A stretch of DNA of 64,000 nucleotides, from assembly GCA_964016885.1 (NCBI GenBank), contig OZ024740.1, forward strand, positions 291,152,001 through 291,216,000, read 5' to 3'. Both the position numbers and the translations under genes were made by a program. Below, in pieces: positions 26,696-38,944 of this stretch (positions are counted from its first letter, which is position 1; every line of letters starts with the position of its first letter). Source of the DNA: Eledone cirrhosa. Lineage: Eukaryota. The notes beneath the pieces were generated by a model. It was not told where the DNA came from. It did not search any database and saw nothing but the letters and a program-made list of their open reading frames with translations.

Positions 26696-27084
26696 ATTCA
26701 AAATTGTAAGAAGGCCAAGGAATTATTATTTATTCATACATCCCTACAAATGTTTCAACAAGGTTAAAAAACTTTAAAAATAAACCCTTGTACACATGTA
26801 TGCTTAATTTGCACTTGAAATCTAACAGCCTGCCTAAAAGTTCCATACTTTGAATCCTCTCATTTTCTTGATATTGTCTTATGGTATTAATTATTGTTAT
26901 TTTGTTCTGTATATTTCCTGAAGAGATACAGTTGAGATAAAGCACCGATAATGGAGATAATTGTTAACTAATAATCCCCAGTTGCTCTGCAAATGGATTT
27001 GATATTCTAGCCGTATTGAAATGTTTGCAAAGATGTATGAATAAATAATAATTTTTTGTCCTTGTCTTTCTTACAATTTTGAAT
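26696..27084. mobile_element. Inverted-terminus insert (about 62-bp arms) with a degenerate long-stem-II hammerhead; Penelope-like remnant
   Basis: 26696-26758 is the reverse complement of about 27016-27084. CTGAAGA at about 26918 and GAAA at about 27018. Confidence 0.55.
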
Positions 27085-28064
27085 TTTAAATGCTCTGCTA
27101 CCTGAACTGCCCTTAATAACAAGATATCTTAATCATCCAGTTTTTTGCTCCTGAAGAACAGATGATGGTAAAGTGCATTGGGCTTATCAAATTTACCAAG
27201 GAAAATAGTGAAGTGTTACACTATAACCTCATATTTTAAAAATATATATATATATATATGTATCATCATCAATATATATATAAACCCATGCAAGCATGGA
27301 AGATGGACGTTAAACGATGATGATGATGATATAAAATACACTGAAGTCTTCTATGTTGTTATCTATCCTCCATCATGACTTTATTATTGAACCGCCCCTG
27401 CAGTATAGTCTGCTATAGTAGTATTAGCAGTGTAGCTAAACTTTGTCTTGCTCAGACTGCTCCTTCAGTTTCTGGCACCTCTCTGCTCACATACTAAACA
27501 AAAAGAAACTACAATATTCAATGCAGTAGAGCAAAAGTGCACTCCCACCACTACCACCGCCATCACTACCACCACCATCACCCCTACCACCACCACCAAT
27601 ACTATTACTACTCCTCCTCAAGGCAGGCCACCACACTTGTCTGTCTACATCTAGCTATTCTATTTGTTCTTGTTACTCCACTAAATAACTCTAGTGACTT
27701 CTTTTCCTTCAATGAAGTCAAAGCCCTCAGGATGTAATAGTTATTTGATAAGGTCTCCCTCTTTCAAATGTCATTTATTTTCATACTGGGCCTAGCTATC
27801 TGTTGACATATCCTTCGGTAGTGTAACTCTCAAGTATTGACATTTGTAAACTATTAGGAAGAAAAAAAAGGTGTCTTTTATGAACTGAAGTTGAGAATGG
27901 TTGCCATCATTTATTATTGACTGTCAGCTTATTACCATCATCATTTGCCACTTAATTAGTTTGTCATTATGGTTGTCATCACCTGGTTTCTCCTCTCCTC
28001 TCTTCCAGCAGATAAATCTTTCACCTTTTACATAATAAATACTGTTATCTTAGTCATGATTACA

Positions 28065-28685
28065 GTGTTGGATTGGCAGAATTGTTAATGCGTGGGACAA
28101 AATGTTCTGTAACATTTAGTTACAGCCCTTTATGTTCTGTGTTCAAATCCCACTAAGGCCAGCTTTGCCTTTCATCCTTTCAGGGTCAATAAAATACCAA
28201 CAAAGCACTGGGGATGATTTTATTGATCCCATTACTGATTTTGTGTTAATAATAGAAAGAATTATCTAAGTCATGACTAGGGTGTTAGATTGGCAGAATC
28301 GTTAGATTGGTGGACAAATTGTATCATTTGGTTATGACTCTTTACATTCTGAGTTCAAATCCCACTGAAATCAGCTTTACCTTTCATGAAATAAAGAACC
28401 AGTAAGATATTGGAGTTGCTTTAATCAACTTTGCCCATATGCTAGTCTTCTACCTCAATTAGAAATCATTATGCAAAATCGGTAGAGCGACGGACAACAT
28501 GCTTTGCAGTATAGAGTTACGTCCGTTTACGTTCTAAGTTCAAATCTTGCTGAGGTTAGCTTTGCCTTTCATCATTACAGGGTCGATAAAATAAAGCACC
28601 AGTAATGCACTGGGGTCGATTTAATCGACTTTCCCCTCCCCCCAAAATTGCTGGCTGGCCTTGTGCCTATAATAGAAATCATTAT
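28065..28685 (+). mobile_element. Three tandem short-type SINE copies
   Basis: Three B-box plus core plus tail units at about 28065, 28280 and 28478. Confidence 0.85.
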
Positions 28686-29084
28686 TTTACTAATCACCTA
28701 GTTTCTCCTCTCCTCTCTTCCAGCAGTTAAATCCTTCACCTTTTTACATAATAGATATTATCATCTTAGCCATAACCATCTTAATCCTAAATGCCCGTAC
28801 ATTGAACCTTTTATTAAAGACTAAATTCAGTTTCTAAAATATCCCAATTTGGTTTAAATCAGTAAATTTAGGTCCTATGTTGATATTGTTGTTTAGTTTC
28901 AAGTCAGCTTTCATCCTGCAGATATCCCATCTTTTTCATTGACATAGTGTACTGCTCACCCAGGACTACATTATCAGATATATCCTTCTTTTCTAAGACA
29001 GTGTAATGTAATTTGGCTGTGATTTCTAGTAGGTCAATTAACCATATACAAACTAGTTCATTGGCCTGTAGGTCTGTTGTTTAA

Positions 29085-29705
29085 CCCTTTTGATACCATA
29101 TTTCTAATGAAATATACTGCTTATGTGTTTCAATTTCATATTAAAATAATAAAAAATGTTGATAACTAACAAACTTTTTCATTAGCAAACTGATGTTTGG
29201 AGAATTTTCTATAATAATAATAATAATAAAATTATTGTGTACAGTGCTCAGGTGCACTACAACTCATCAAAAGTGCATGTATAGTACATAGAATAATGTA
29301 CAGATGTCAGGAAAGAGAACAGTGTATGAATCATGATATACATGTGTGCATGTGTATGGAGGGGGAATATCAGGTGTAGTGTTGGCGAATTTCCGGAAGC
29401 ATGGAGGTTTTAAAGGATGCAGTGTCTCGACAGTTAACAACTGATGCAGGTAGTTTATTCCATTATTTAAAACTATTAAATAAAATAATGATGGAAGGTT
29501 TTTAATATTAAGTACATACATTTTAATAATACAATGAGCAGTTTTTTTGTATAATTAGTAAACTGATTGGAACATTATTTAACAAAATATTTTTTAATAC
29601 AAATGATGGAATGTTTTAATATAATGTTTTAACATAACCATTTTAAAACAGTCCGTTTTGTTTTATAAAACCAGGGTAGTTTTAGGTGGTTTGATATCGA
29701 AAGGG
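29085..29705. mobile_element. piggyBac-like MITE (TTAA target site) interrupted by a CR1 3' fragment
   Basis: TTAA|CCCTTTTGATACC ... GATATCGAAAGGG|TTAA. Confidence 0.75.
29211..29463 (-). mobile_element. CR1-like LINE 3' end fragment
   Basis: Close homolog of 14560-14813, including the (ATT)n tail. Confidence 0.9.
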
Positions 29706-30359
29706 TTAAGGAGGTTGTACGTTATATTGCTGTGGGGGGAAGGGGAGGGGATATATGTGAAGTAAAGTTATGCAATATATTTTCTGTACTGAACTTTTAT
29801 TTTTATTTTTATTTCAAATTTTGACAAGCAAGATTATTTAATGATAACAGAATATGTAAAAAAAGCTGTAGAAAAAATGCCAGACCAGTAAAAATGATTT
29901 ATTGTCGAAGGTCAATGTATCAAAAAGTAAATTAGTTGTTAGTAAAACGTGTTATCTGGAAAGTTGTCTTCCCATGTAGCAAGGGAGTAGAAACTGTACT
30001 ATTCTATATTCTGTACAAGTAATGACACACACATGATATAGTAGTGTCTCTTGTAGGCTGACAAAGAATCAGGACCATAAATGGACTTATTGTATATAGT
30101 TTATGCTGTCATTCTTTTTACTGGTTTCAGTCATTGGCAGCTTAGCATGGTTGAATGTTTAAGGAGTTCACTTCACAATCATTAGGTCCCAGGTTCAATC
30201 CCACTGCATGGCACCTTTTGCAAATGTCATTTAACATAGACTCAGGTCAATCTGTGCATTGTGAATGAAACTTGGTGGACAGAAAATGTTTGGAAGCCAG
30301 TCAGATTGACTCTACCTGTAACTATGTTATACTGAATCTCCCTAAGGATTTTACCTTAA

Positions 30360-30578
30360 CCCTTTAGCATTTACATTATTCTATATAAACTATTGTATTT
30401 TCTCAGTAAAAGCCTTGTCTTACATAATATCTCACATAATATTGAATCTATGAGATTTTGATATTATTTATTTTGAGAACAATACCTTAAAGTCAGTATG
30501 AGGGGCCGGTTGAGGCCAGTTTGAACAGAAAAAGTGAGAGAATTCTGGCCGGATATGGCCAGTTTAAATGCTAAAGGC
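30360..30578. mobile_element. piggyBac-like MITE nested in a SINE
   Basis: TTAA|CCCTTTAGCATTTA ... TAAATGCTAAAGGC|TTAA. Confidence 0.85.
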
Positions 30579-31484
30579 TTAAGGGTACACATGTCAGTGG
30601 AATGCTCAGCTTCTTACACATTAATTGATTGAACAAGTGAAACACTCATTGTCAAAACTGATAGAGGTCCATTAAGTCATTGGGCCACTGACATGCTGGA
30701 CTCTGGTATAGACACTGGCATCAGCTTCCTGTACTTATTTCATTGACTGTGGAAGTATGAAAGACAAAGTGGACATTGGTTGAAGTTGAAACCAATGAGA
30801 ATAAAATAATACTAAAGAAAAACTACTAAGTATTTTGTGCGATACTCTGCCAATTCTGTCATCCACTTATAATTGATAGTTAATAGATTTTGTTACTATG
30901 GGAAAACTACTATGTGGTCATAGAACCTGCTAGAAAAACCAACCAAATTTCCAAGAAATTATGCAATGCTATCTTAAAAAACAAAGAACACATTGGATAA
31001 TATAATCTTAAACACACTATGTCTGAACAAAAAAACATGGGATGATCATGGCTCGTATATCATACATGTGTTCTATCAGTGCTGACATGGGGATAAACAA
31101 GAAGAACAACAACAACAATTAGTACTGTGATAGTTGTAATAATGACGTAATAGATTGGATAGGGAAGGGGTGGAAACTTAGAAATCTATTATCTTTGTTA
31201 GTAAAAAAAATGTGAAAAAGAAGTTTCTCTATTCTTGCAAAAGGCAGACTACTTGAAGAATGTGTAAGGAGTATGTTGCTGCATAATAATGAGACCATGG
31301 CATTGAATACGGAAAGTTTGCAAGGGCCAGAGATAAACAGAACATTTTTGGGCAGTGTTAATTATGCATGTCTACACTAGTATGGATGTGATATGAATGA
31401 AAGATAAGAGTAGGAATTTAAAATGTTTTCTGTAAAAGAAGAAATTGAGCAAAACATGTTCACAGTATATTATAAGAGATATGA

Positions 31485-31675
31485 TGTTGGATTGGCAGTA
31501 TCGGTAGAGGGTCGGACGCCATGCTTTCCAGCATAGAATTATGGCCCTTGCCATTCTGAATTCAAATCCCGCCGAGGTTAACTTTGCCTTTCATCCTTAC
31601 GGGGTCGATAAAATAAAGCACCAGTAATGCACTGGTGTAATTGTTGGCCTTGTGCCAAATGTAGAAACAATTATA
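31485..31675 (+). mobile_element. Short-type SINE, near consensus
   Basis: Full head, core and tail; TTAT(T)ATAAGAGATATG recurs on both sides. Confidence 0.9.
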
Positions 31676-32244
31676 TTATAAGAGATATGTCTTGAAAAAT
31701 ATATTCCAAAATATTTATACCAGTATTAAAGTTATTGTTTTGGTTAGTGTGAGGAGTAGAATTAGAGTTAGGGTGAATAGATGTAACATAAGTCACAATA
31801 ATTATGAAATATTGAACTTCTAATTTAGGTACAAGGATAGCAAATTTGGGAGAAGGGTAAAATTGATTAAAGCAACCTCCGTACTTGCCTGGTACTTTAT
31901 TTTATTGACCCCAGAAAATTGAACTTAGAATGTAAAAAACAAGAACAAATATCACAATATCATTTTATCTGATGCTCTACCAGTTCTGCTAATCCACTAC
32001 CTTTCAATAATTATAAAAAGGCTGTGGTACCAGATACAGAACATGTTAAACTTGACTGATATAATTTATAGCAGATTTTTTTAAAATATAGTTGTTTACA
32101 TACATACATATTAACAACTATACATTTACAGACATAGTGACACACACATTGGCACACATACACTGGCTTGTAATCATTGTTTTGGAGAAGATATTCCAAG
32201 ATATTTCTGTCAGGGTTAGGATTATTGTTGAGGTAGCTTTATAA

Positions 32245-32530
32245 CTGTGGAGGCATGTGGCCTAGTTGTAAGGGTGTTGGACTTACGATCATAATGTCGT
32301 GAGTTTGATTCCTGGGTTGCATGTTGTGTTCTTGAGCAAAACACTTCATTTCACGTTGCTCCAGTATACTCAGCTGAAAATGAGTACCAGCAGTAGCTGG
32401 GGGTTTAACCCTGCAATGGACAGGCGTCCTGTCCACGGGGGAGTCTTGTACTCTCAGTCGCTTAACGCCATGAAACTGGTATAAGCACTGGCCCAAATGA
32501 TCCTTCTGGCTTAAGACAGACTTTAGACTT
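32245..32530 (+). mobile_element. tRNA-derived SINE, third family (Meta/CORE-like core; related copies at about 44395-44540 and 45155-45400)
   Basis: A-box TGGCCTAGTTG, B-box-like GAGTTTGATTCC, core GTTGTGTTCTTGAGCAAAACACTTCATTTCAC...CAGCTGAAAATGAGTACC. Confidence 0.8.
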
Positions 32531-32607
32531 GTTTTTAGCTTTATAACTATATAAGAAACATGCATATATAAAAGGTGGCTTTATATATTGTTGTGGTTAT
32601 GGTGAAT

Positions 32608-33220
32608 ATGGCGTTTTTAAACCAATGTGTTAAAATATTTTTATTTTTTAAATAATACTGTTATTGGAGTGTTACTTACTTACATACATGTATTTTCGTT
32701 TTAGTTAAATACTTATTGATAAGTGACCTAGTTTATGTTTGACTAAACTTAGTTAAAAATACTACAAGAAAAATATACAAGAATTTTATTCATTCCCACA
32801 CATTCACACACATACACACACACACTGGAAGATGAAAATATTCTTAACCCTTTAGCATTTAAGCCGGCCATATCCAGCCAGAATTCTTTCACCTCTTTCT
32901 ATTCAAACTGGCCCCAATCAGCCCTTAATGCCAATATTAAGGTATTGTTCTCAAAATAAATAATATATAAATCTCATAGATTTTATATTATATGAGATAT
33001 AAGTGTGAAAATACAATAGTATATAGAGAGTAATGTAAATGCTAAAGGATTAACCATTGTTCAATAATATGTTGGAGTGGAGTCAGATTAGTGATGGCGT
33101 TTTTAAACCAATGTGTTAAAATATTTTTATTTTTTAAATAATACTGTTATTGGAGTGTTACTTACTTACATACATGTATTTTCGTTTTAGTTAAATACTT
33201 ATTGATAAGTGACCTAGTTT
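32608..33220. repeat. 127-bp direct duplication (32608-32734 and 33094-33220)
   Basis: Both copies read ATGGCGTTTTTAAACC...GACCTAGTTT and look identical by eye. Confidence 0.95.
32848..33049. mobile_element. piggyBac-like MITE (same family as 30360-30578, opposite orientation)
   Basis: TTAA|CCCTTTAGCATTTA ... TAAATGCTAAAGGA|TTAA. Confidence 0.85.
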
Positions 33221-33999
33221 CTTAACATATTTATGAAATAAAGAGTTATAATTAAATATATCTTGAAATTTCAAAATATACTAATAAATCTAGCATAATA
33301 AAATTTTAAAAAGTTACCTTAAGATTAATGACCTTTTCAAAGTCCATTGGAGCCATAGAAAAACATGTATCATATCACTACTGGCACAGGTGTCATAAGT
33401 TCACTATCACATGCACACTTTATCAGTTTGTCAGAAAAAGAAAGTGTTGAATTTTCTAAGATCTAATGGTTTTTAAGTTATCTACCTACTTTTTAATTAA
33501 TAAATTCGTTATATTATGGACTTTTAATTGTTCAACATATTTCTAAAGAAGTAGACTGTTTCTATGATTCAGTAAATTTTGAAAATAAGGAAGAATTTGG
33601 AAAGATTTAGTGAAATCACTAACTTTTCTCATTACTAGAATTTTTTTCAGCACCCTGACATGTATGTGTATATGTATGTGTATGTATGTGCATATGCATA
33701 CGTTTATATGTATGTGTATATAAATATAAACACGCAAACACAGACACATTTACAGAAATACACACTCACAGATATACATTCACACTAATACACTTACATT
33801 CACACAAACACACATACATTTACACAAACACACATACATTTACACAATCACACATACATATACACTCACGTAGCAAATGGAACGCCAGCTGCTATTTTGC
33901 TATAGTTTTTTCCCCATCTCCTTCCTTCCTTTTACACACATACACACATTGTGTGACGGACGGAAGTCACTTAAATTTATATATAGATTAAGCTAGTGT

Positions 34000-34392
34000 T
34001 GGGGCGGTTGATTAGTGGAATCGGTAGAGCATCGGATGAAATGCTTTGCAGCATTTAGTTATGTCTCTATATGTTCTGAGTTCAAATTCCATTTAGTTCA
34101 ACTTTGCCTTTTATCCTTCTGCGGTTGATAAAATAAAGTCGAGTTCAAATCCCTTCGAGGTCAACTTTGCCTTTCATCTTTTTGAGGTCGATAAAAAAAA
34201 TAAGTCTGGTACTGGAGTTGATTCTTCTTCTATATCTCTTTCTTACTTCTCTCTTCTTCTCCAGAAGAAATCAGTTGTGTTTTGACCTGAAGAGGAATGG
34301 GTTCCACCAGGTTTAAAAAGTGCCCAAGACATGCTGTATGACATGTATAACACCTCTGCGACTCCATCAGGAGTTATGGGTTCGTACTTATA
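34000..34392 (+). mobile_element. Long-type SINE with duplicated B-box/core
   Basis: Two GAGTTCAAAT plus core segments followed by the long-type tail. Confidence 0.8.
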
Positions 34393-35250
34393 CATAGTGT
34401 TCTCACTATATTCAATCTACATATACACATAGTGTTCTCACTATATTCAATCTACATATACACATATTGTTCTCACTATATTCAATCTACATATACACAT
34501 ATTATTCTCCCTATATTCCTTCTACATATACACATAGTGTTCTCACTATATTCAATCTACATATACACATAGTGTTCTCACTATATTCAATCTACATATA
34601 CACATAGTGTTCTCACTATATTCAATCTACATATACACATATTGTTCTCACTATATTCAATCTACATATATACATATTATTCTCCCTATATTCCTTCTAC
34701 ATATATACATATTATTCTCCCTATATTCCTTCTACATATACACATATTATTCTCCCTATATTCCTTCTACATATATACATATTATTCTCCCTATATTCCT
34801 TCTACATATACACATATTATTCTCCCTATATTCCTTCTACATATACACATATTATTCTCCCTATATTCCTTCTACATATATACATATTATTCTCCCTATA
34901 TTCCTTCTACATATACACATATTGTTCTCACTATATTCAATCTACATATATACATATTATTCTCCCTATATTCCTTCTACATATATACATATTATTCTCC
35001 CTATATTCCTTCTACATATATACATATTATTCTCCCTATATTCCTTCTACATATATACATATTATTCTCCCTATATTCCTTCTACATATATACATATTAT
35101 TCTCCCTATATTCCTTCTACATATATACATATTATTCTCACTATATTCAATAGTATTCTCACTATATTCCTTCTACATATACATATTATATTATTCTCAT
35201 TATATTTATTCTACATATTCTTCATCTCTAGTGTTCTCACTATATTCATA
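34393..35250. repeat. 35-bp minisatellite
   Basis: Unit CATA(G/T)T(G/A)TTCTC(A/C)CTATATTC(AA/CT)TCTACATATA(C/T)A, more than 20 copies. Confidence 0.97.
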
Positions 35251-35715
35251 TTCCTCTCAATATGTGCTGTCTCTAATGTCCTGCTGTCTTCTGTTAATAA
35301 TTGTCCTTGTATCTTAATTAATCTTGAAAATTTGACAGGATTTTAAAAAATAATTAACTGACATTTTCATTACTAAGATACTGTTTGCAACATGACTTAA
35401 TAAAACGTTTTTGCATATAATTATGGCAGAAGGTTTTAATTTGAATAAGAACACTTTAAAAGCAGAGAAGTTTCTATGAAGATTGGTATCACAAGATCTT
35501 TCTTGTTATTTTATTTGCTACTTCTGTTTGTTATAATTTTATATTACACTTTTCTCACTTTCTTGTATCCATCATGTCCCTTAAATTGTTATGAACCTAA
35601 GTTACTACAACTTGATTCTATAATGAAAGTATTTAAAATAATTGAAAAAAGGAAGAGAAAGAAAAATTATATAAAAAAAAAAAGAGAAGAGGTAAGGGAG
35701 GGTGCAAACTCTACA

Positions 35716-36140
35716 CAGTACAGCACAACTGCATCCTGCAGACAAGATGGCAGCCAGGCAGTACAGCACCACTGCATCCTGCAGGCAAGATGGTGGCCAG
35801 GCAGTATAGCACAACTGTATCCTGCCGACAAGATGATGGTTAGGCAGTACAGCACAACTGTATCTTGCAAACAAAATAGTGACGAGGCAGTACAGCACAA
35901 CTGCATCCTGCAGACAAGATGGCGCCCAAGTAGTACAGCACAACTGCATCCTGCAGACACGATGGCAGCCAGACAGTACAGCACAACTGCATCCTGCAGA
36001 CAAGATGGCAGCCAGACAGTACAGCACAACTGCATCCTGCAGACAAGATGGCAGCCAGACAGTACAGCACAACTGCATCCTACAGACAAGATAGCAGCCA
36101 GGCAGTAGGGCACAACTGCATCCTACAGATAAGATGGCAA
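35716..36140. repeat. 43-bp minisatellite
   Basis: Unit CAGTACAGCACAACTGCATCCTGCAGACAAGATGGCAGCCAG(A/G), about 10 copies. Confidence 0.97.
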
Positions 36141-37241
36141 AAGCATTGCTGCAGAGAACAGCCGGTGACAGCTATTCCACCTCACGGGGTCCCTTCTCAA
36201 CCAAGATGCACTTCTCCTGATTTTTCAGAGGGAAATGGCAGTCTGGGGACTGAGGACATTGGAGGTTAGAATTATATTATAATCTTGTCAACAAACTACT
36301 CAACACTGAATATTTAGGGATTTAATTTTTCATTCGATGTTTTACAAATCCTTTACTCTTAATTTCTTCATCAGCCACATGCTATTATTATATTAGTCGA
36401 TAAAATAAAGTACCAGTAATGCACTGGGTAATTGCTGGCCTTGTGCCTAAAGTAGAAACAATTATTATATTAACATCCTTTGAAAGCTTTATGTAGGTCA
36501 ACAAGGAAGAGGAAATAGTGTAGCTAGCTCCCTATTTATTACTCCAGCTATTTGTTTGACTTAGGAATAGGACATCTGTAATATTTTAACTTGGTTTTAT
36601 ACTTTTCCTTCAGTCCCACATTATATTTTGTCTTCCACTCTCTTTATTATCACTACTCCATGGTCTGTTATAGTTTAAACTACTATAGTGTATAGGATTT
36701 TGTTGGATCACCAGTTTTTTTTTCTAAGTGCCAAGTAAAAGTGATGCTGCTTAGCTAGGTAGAGGTGTAAAAGCTACTATTATTCCTTCCTTCCTACTTG
36801 TTTGTTTTTTGGGTTTTTTATGAAGCATTTCAAGAATATTTCCCTGTAGAATTTTACTAAAAGTATATACTTGCCAGTCTTCCTGATATCTTTTAAATAG
36901 TTCTCAGTTCTTTTCTTTTCTTTATGCTTTTGTTCTTTCTTGAGTAATCTAAAGCTAAAGATTCTCCTTTGGGTTATAACTGTGGGATTGGTATCGTAGT
37001 TGGTGTTTCAAGGGTAAATTCCTAAATAGATAAACCTGGTTTAACACAAATGTTGTGGGAGAGAAGAAATATTGATAACATTGCACACACACAGCATCAT
37101 CATTTAAAGGCTGTTCTCCCTGCTAGCAAGGATTATACATATATATATATATATAGACATACACACACACACATATATATATATAGACGTACATATACAT
37201 ATATATATATATGTATATAAGTACATATACATGCATACATA

Positions 37242-37288
<47 letters not shown>

Positions 37289-37290
<2 letters not shown>

Positions 37291-37879
37291 TGGCTGCCAA
37301 CTCGTTTGCGAGTACAGCCACTACTTTATATCCATGTAGGAGAACCCCTACCGATGCGCTGAACAAGTGTGACTTTTTAGTCCAGCCAGCGACTTGAAAA
37401 CTCTGGTACAAACACTACGCTTGTGACAATTATTGACACATAGTGCTGGGCCCATGGTACCATGTGACGACAAGTGCAGAGAGATCTCCAGATATAAAGA
37501 AATTCCTGTGCTGTGAAGCCTTTATAGTGAGCAAAGGCACTGCACAAAGCCAGTCCCACTCTCTTAACCAAGATGATATTTACCAAAAAGAAGAACAAGT
37601 CAACATCATTGGATACCATCAGAGTTGCAGGTGTTATATCAGAGTTTTCCTTCTCCTAGAATTCTGCCTTGACAAAGGCTAAGGGGTCATCTCTCCCGGT
37701 GATTTTGGATGGCCATTGACTCTTAAGAGCTCCTTTGCTCTTTGACAGGTTTTGTTTTTAGTCCTGCAGGATGTCCAAAGTCACCCTCCTCACCAAGAAA
37801 CGTTGGTGGGGTTGCCAGTTTAGTCGCCAACGACCCGACCATGAGACAGGTTGTACTGGGATACATGTTACCAGAAGCA
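37289..37879 (-). mobile_element. RTE-clade 5' UTR-like fragment between (TA)n tracts
   Basis: Minus strand has TCTAGGAGAAGGAAAACTCTGA (37639-37660), recalled as a conserved RTE 5' UTR motif. The insert is richer in GC than its flanks and has no ORF. Confidence 0.55.
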
Positions 37880-37888
37880 TATATATAC

Positions 37889-37925
<37 letters not shown>

Positions 37926-38058
37926 GTCTGTGAAGCCTCGTCCAACACTTGCTAACTGGGAAGTGGACATTAAATGATGATGATGATGATATATAGCTAC
38001 TCATATCTAAACTTGGTAACACATACTCATAATGAATATCAGCCAAATTATGTGTGTA

Positions 38059-38118
<60 letters not shown>

Positions 38119-38120
38119 CG

Positions 38121-38204
38121 CATATCTAAGATGTCGAAAAAGAGTTGGGTCCCATCATCTTGATTGTACCCTGAACTGATCGGTATCAAAACAATTGTAA
38201 TATG
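38121..38204 (+). ncRNA. Degenerate hammerhead motif followed by AATAAA
   Basis: CATAT-CTAAGA-[..CGA...TCG..]-AAAA-CAATTG-TA^ATATG-TC-AATAAA. Stems I and III are intact; the core is mutated. Confidence 0.5.
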
Positions 38205-38255
38205 TCAATAAAGTTTGTACTTAGGCTGCAACACTGACTTTGATTCTTCTTAATC

Positions 38256-38316
<61 letters not shown>

Positions 38317-38367
38317 TTACACACTCCAATGGGTAACAGATTTGCCAAGTCAGGAATAATATAGAAT

Positions 38368-38407
38368 ATAGTCTGATGAAGGATTATAATCCAAATGCAT
38401 TCACTAT
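38368..38407 (+). ncRNA. Near-intact minimal hammerhead motif
   Basis: ATAGT-CTGATGA-AGGATTATAATCC-AAA-TGCAT-TC^ACTAT. The G of GAAA is missing. Confidence 0.6.
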
Positions 38408-38726
38408 CAAGTGACCGATACTAACCCAACAACAAAGTTCATAGACGTGACCATTCTAATCCTAACTCTAATTCTAACATTAACTTTCACACACTCAGCT
38501 TTCTACATCTCTGTCTTCATCTAAGCAAACAATAAAACACAAAACGTATACCATTTTTTAATAAGTTTTATCCCATTTATTGTATTATTATATTCTAGCT
38601 TCTCCCACTCAGCTTCCTATAGCTTACTCTTCTTGCCATGAACCGCATGCAATATGGAAAAACTACACAATCCACTATACATACAAATATGTTGCTTAAG
38701 ATACCCCAACATATTGTGTATAAAGT

Positions 38727-38861
38727 AGAGTGGGTAATATGAAAAGATTCAGGACCCCGACGTCTGAGCTCTGACCATTTCGACAGCTAGATCCGAATTA
38801 GCTGTCAAAATGGCTGGAGCTCAGCCATCTGGGTCCTGAATCTTTTCATATTACCCATTCT
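38727..38861. repeat. Long imperfect hairpin (about 63-bp arms, 9-nt loop)
   Basis: AGAGTGGGTAATATGAAAAGATTCAGGACCC...GACAGCTA gatccgaat TAGCTGTC...GGGTCCTGAATCTTTTCATATTACCCATTCT. Confidence 0.9.
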
Positions 38862-38944
38862 CCTTCCCCAATATCGAGAACTCTGGTGGGTTATGTGCTA
38901 GCTGGTTTTTACTGCACCCTATCTGATATATATGTATGTGTGTC

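Noticed and set aside
34607-35346. 234-236-aa hydrophobic ORFs
   Set aside because: Translations of the 35-bp minisatellite.
35476-36113. Cys/Gln-rich ORFs on both strands
   Set aside because: The 43-bp unit is not a multiple of 3, so the peptide cycles through frames; stops are absent by composition.
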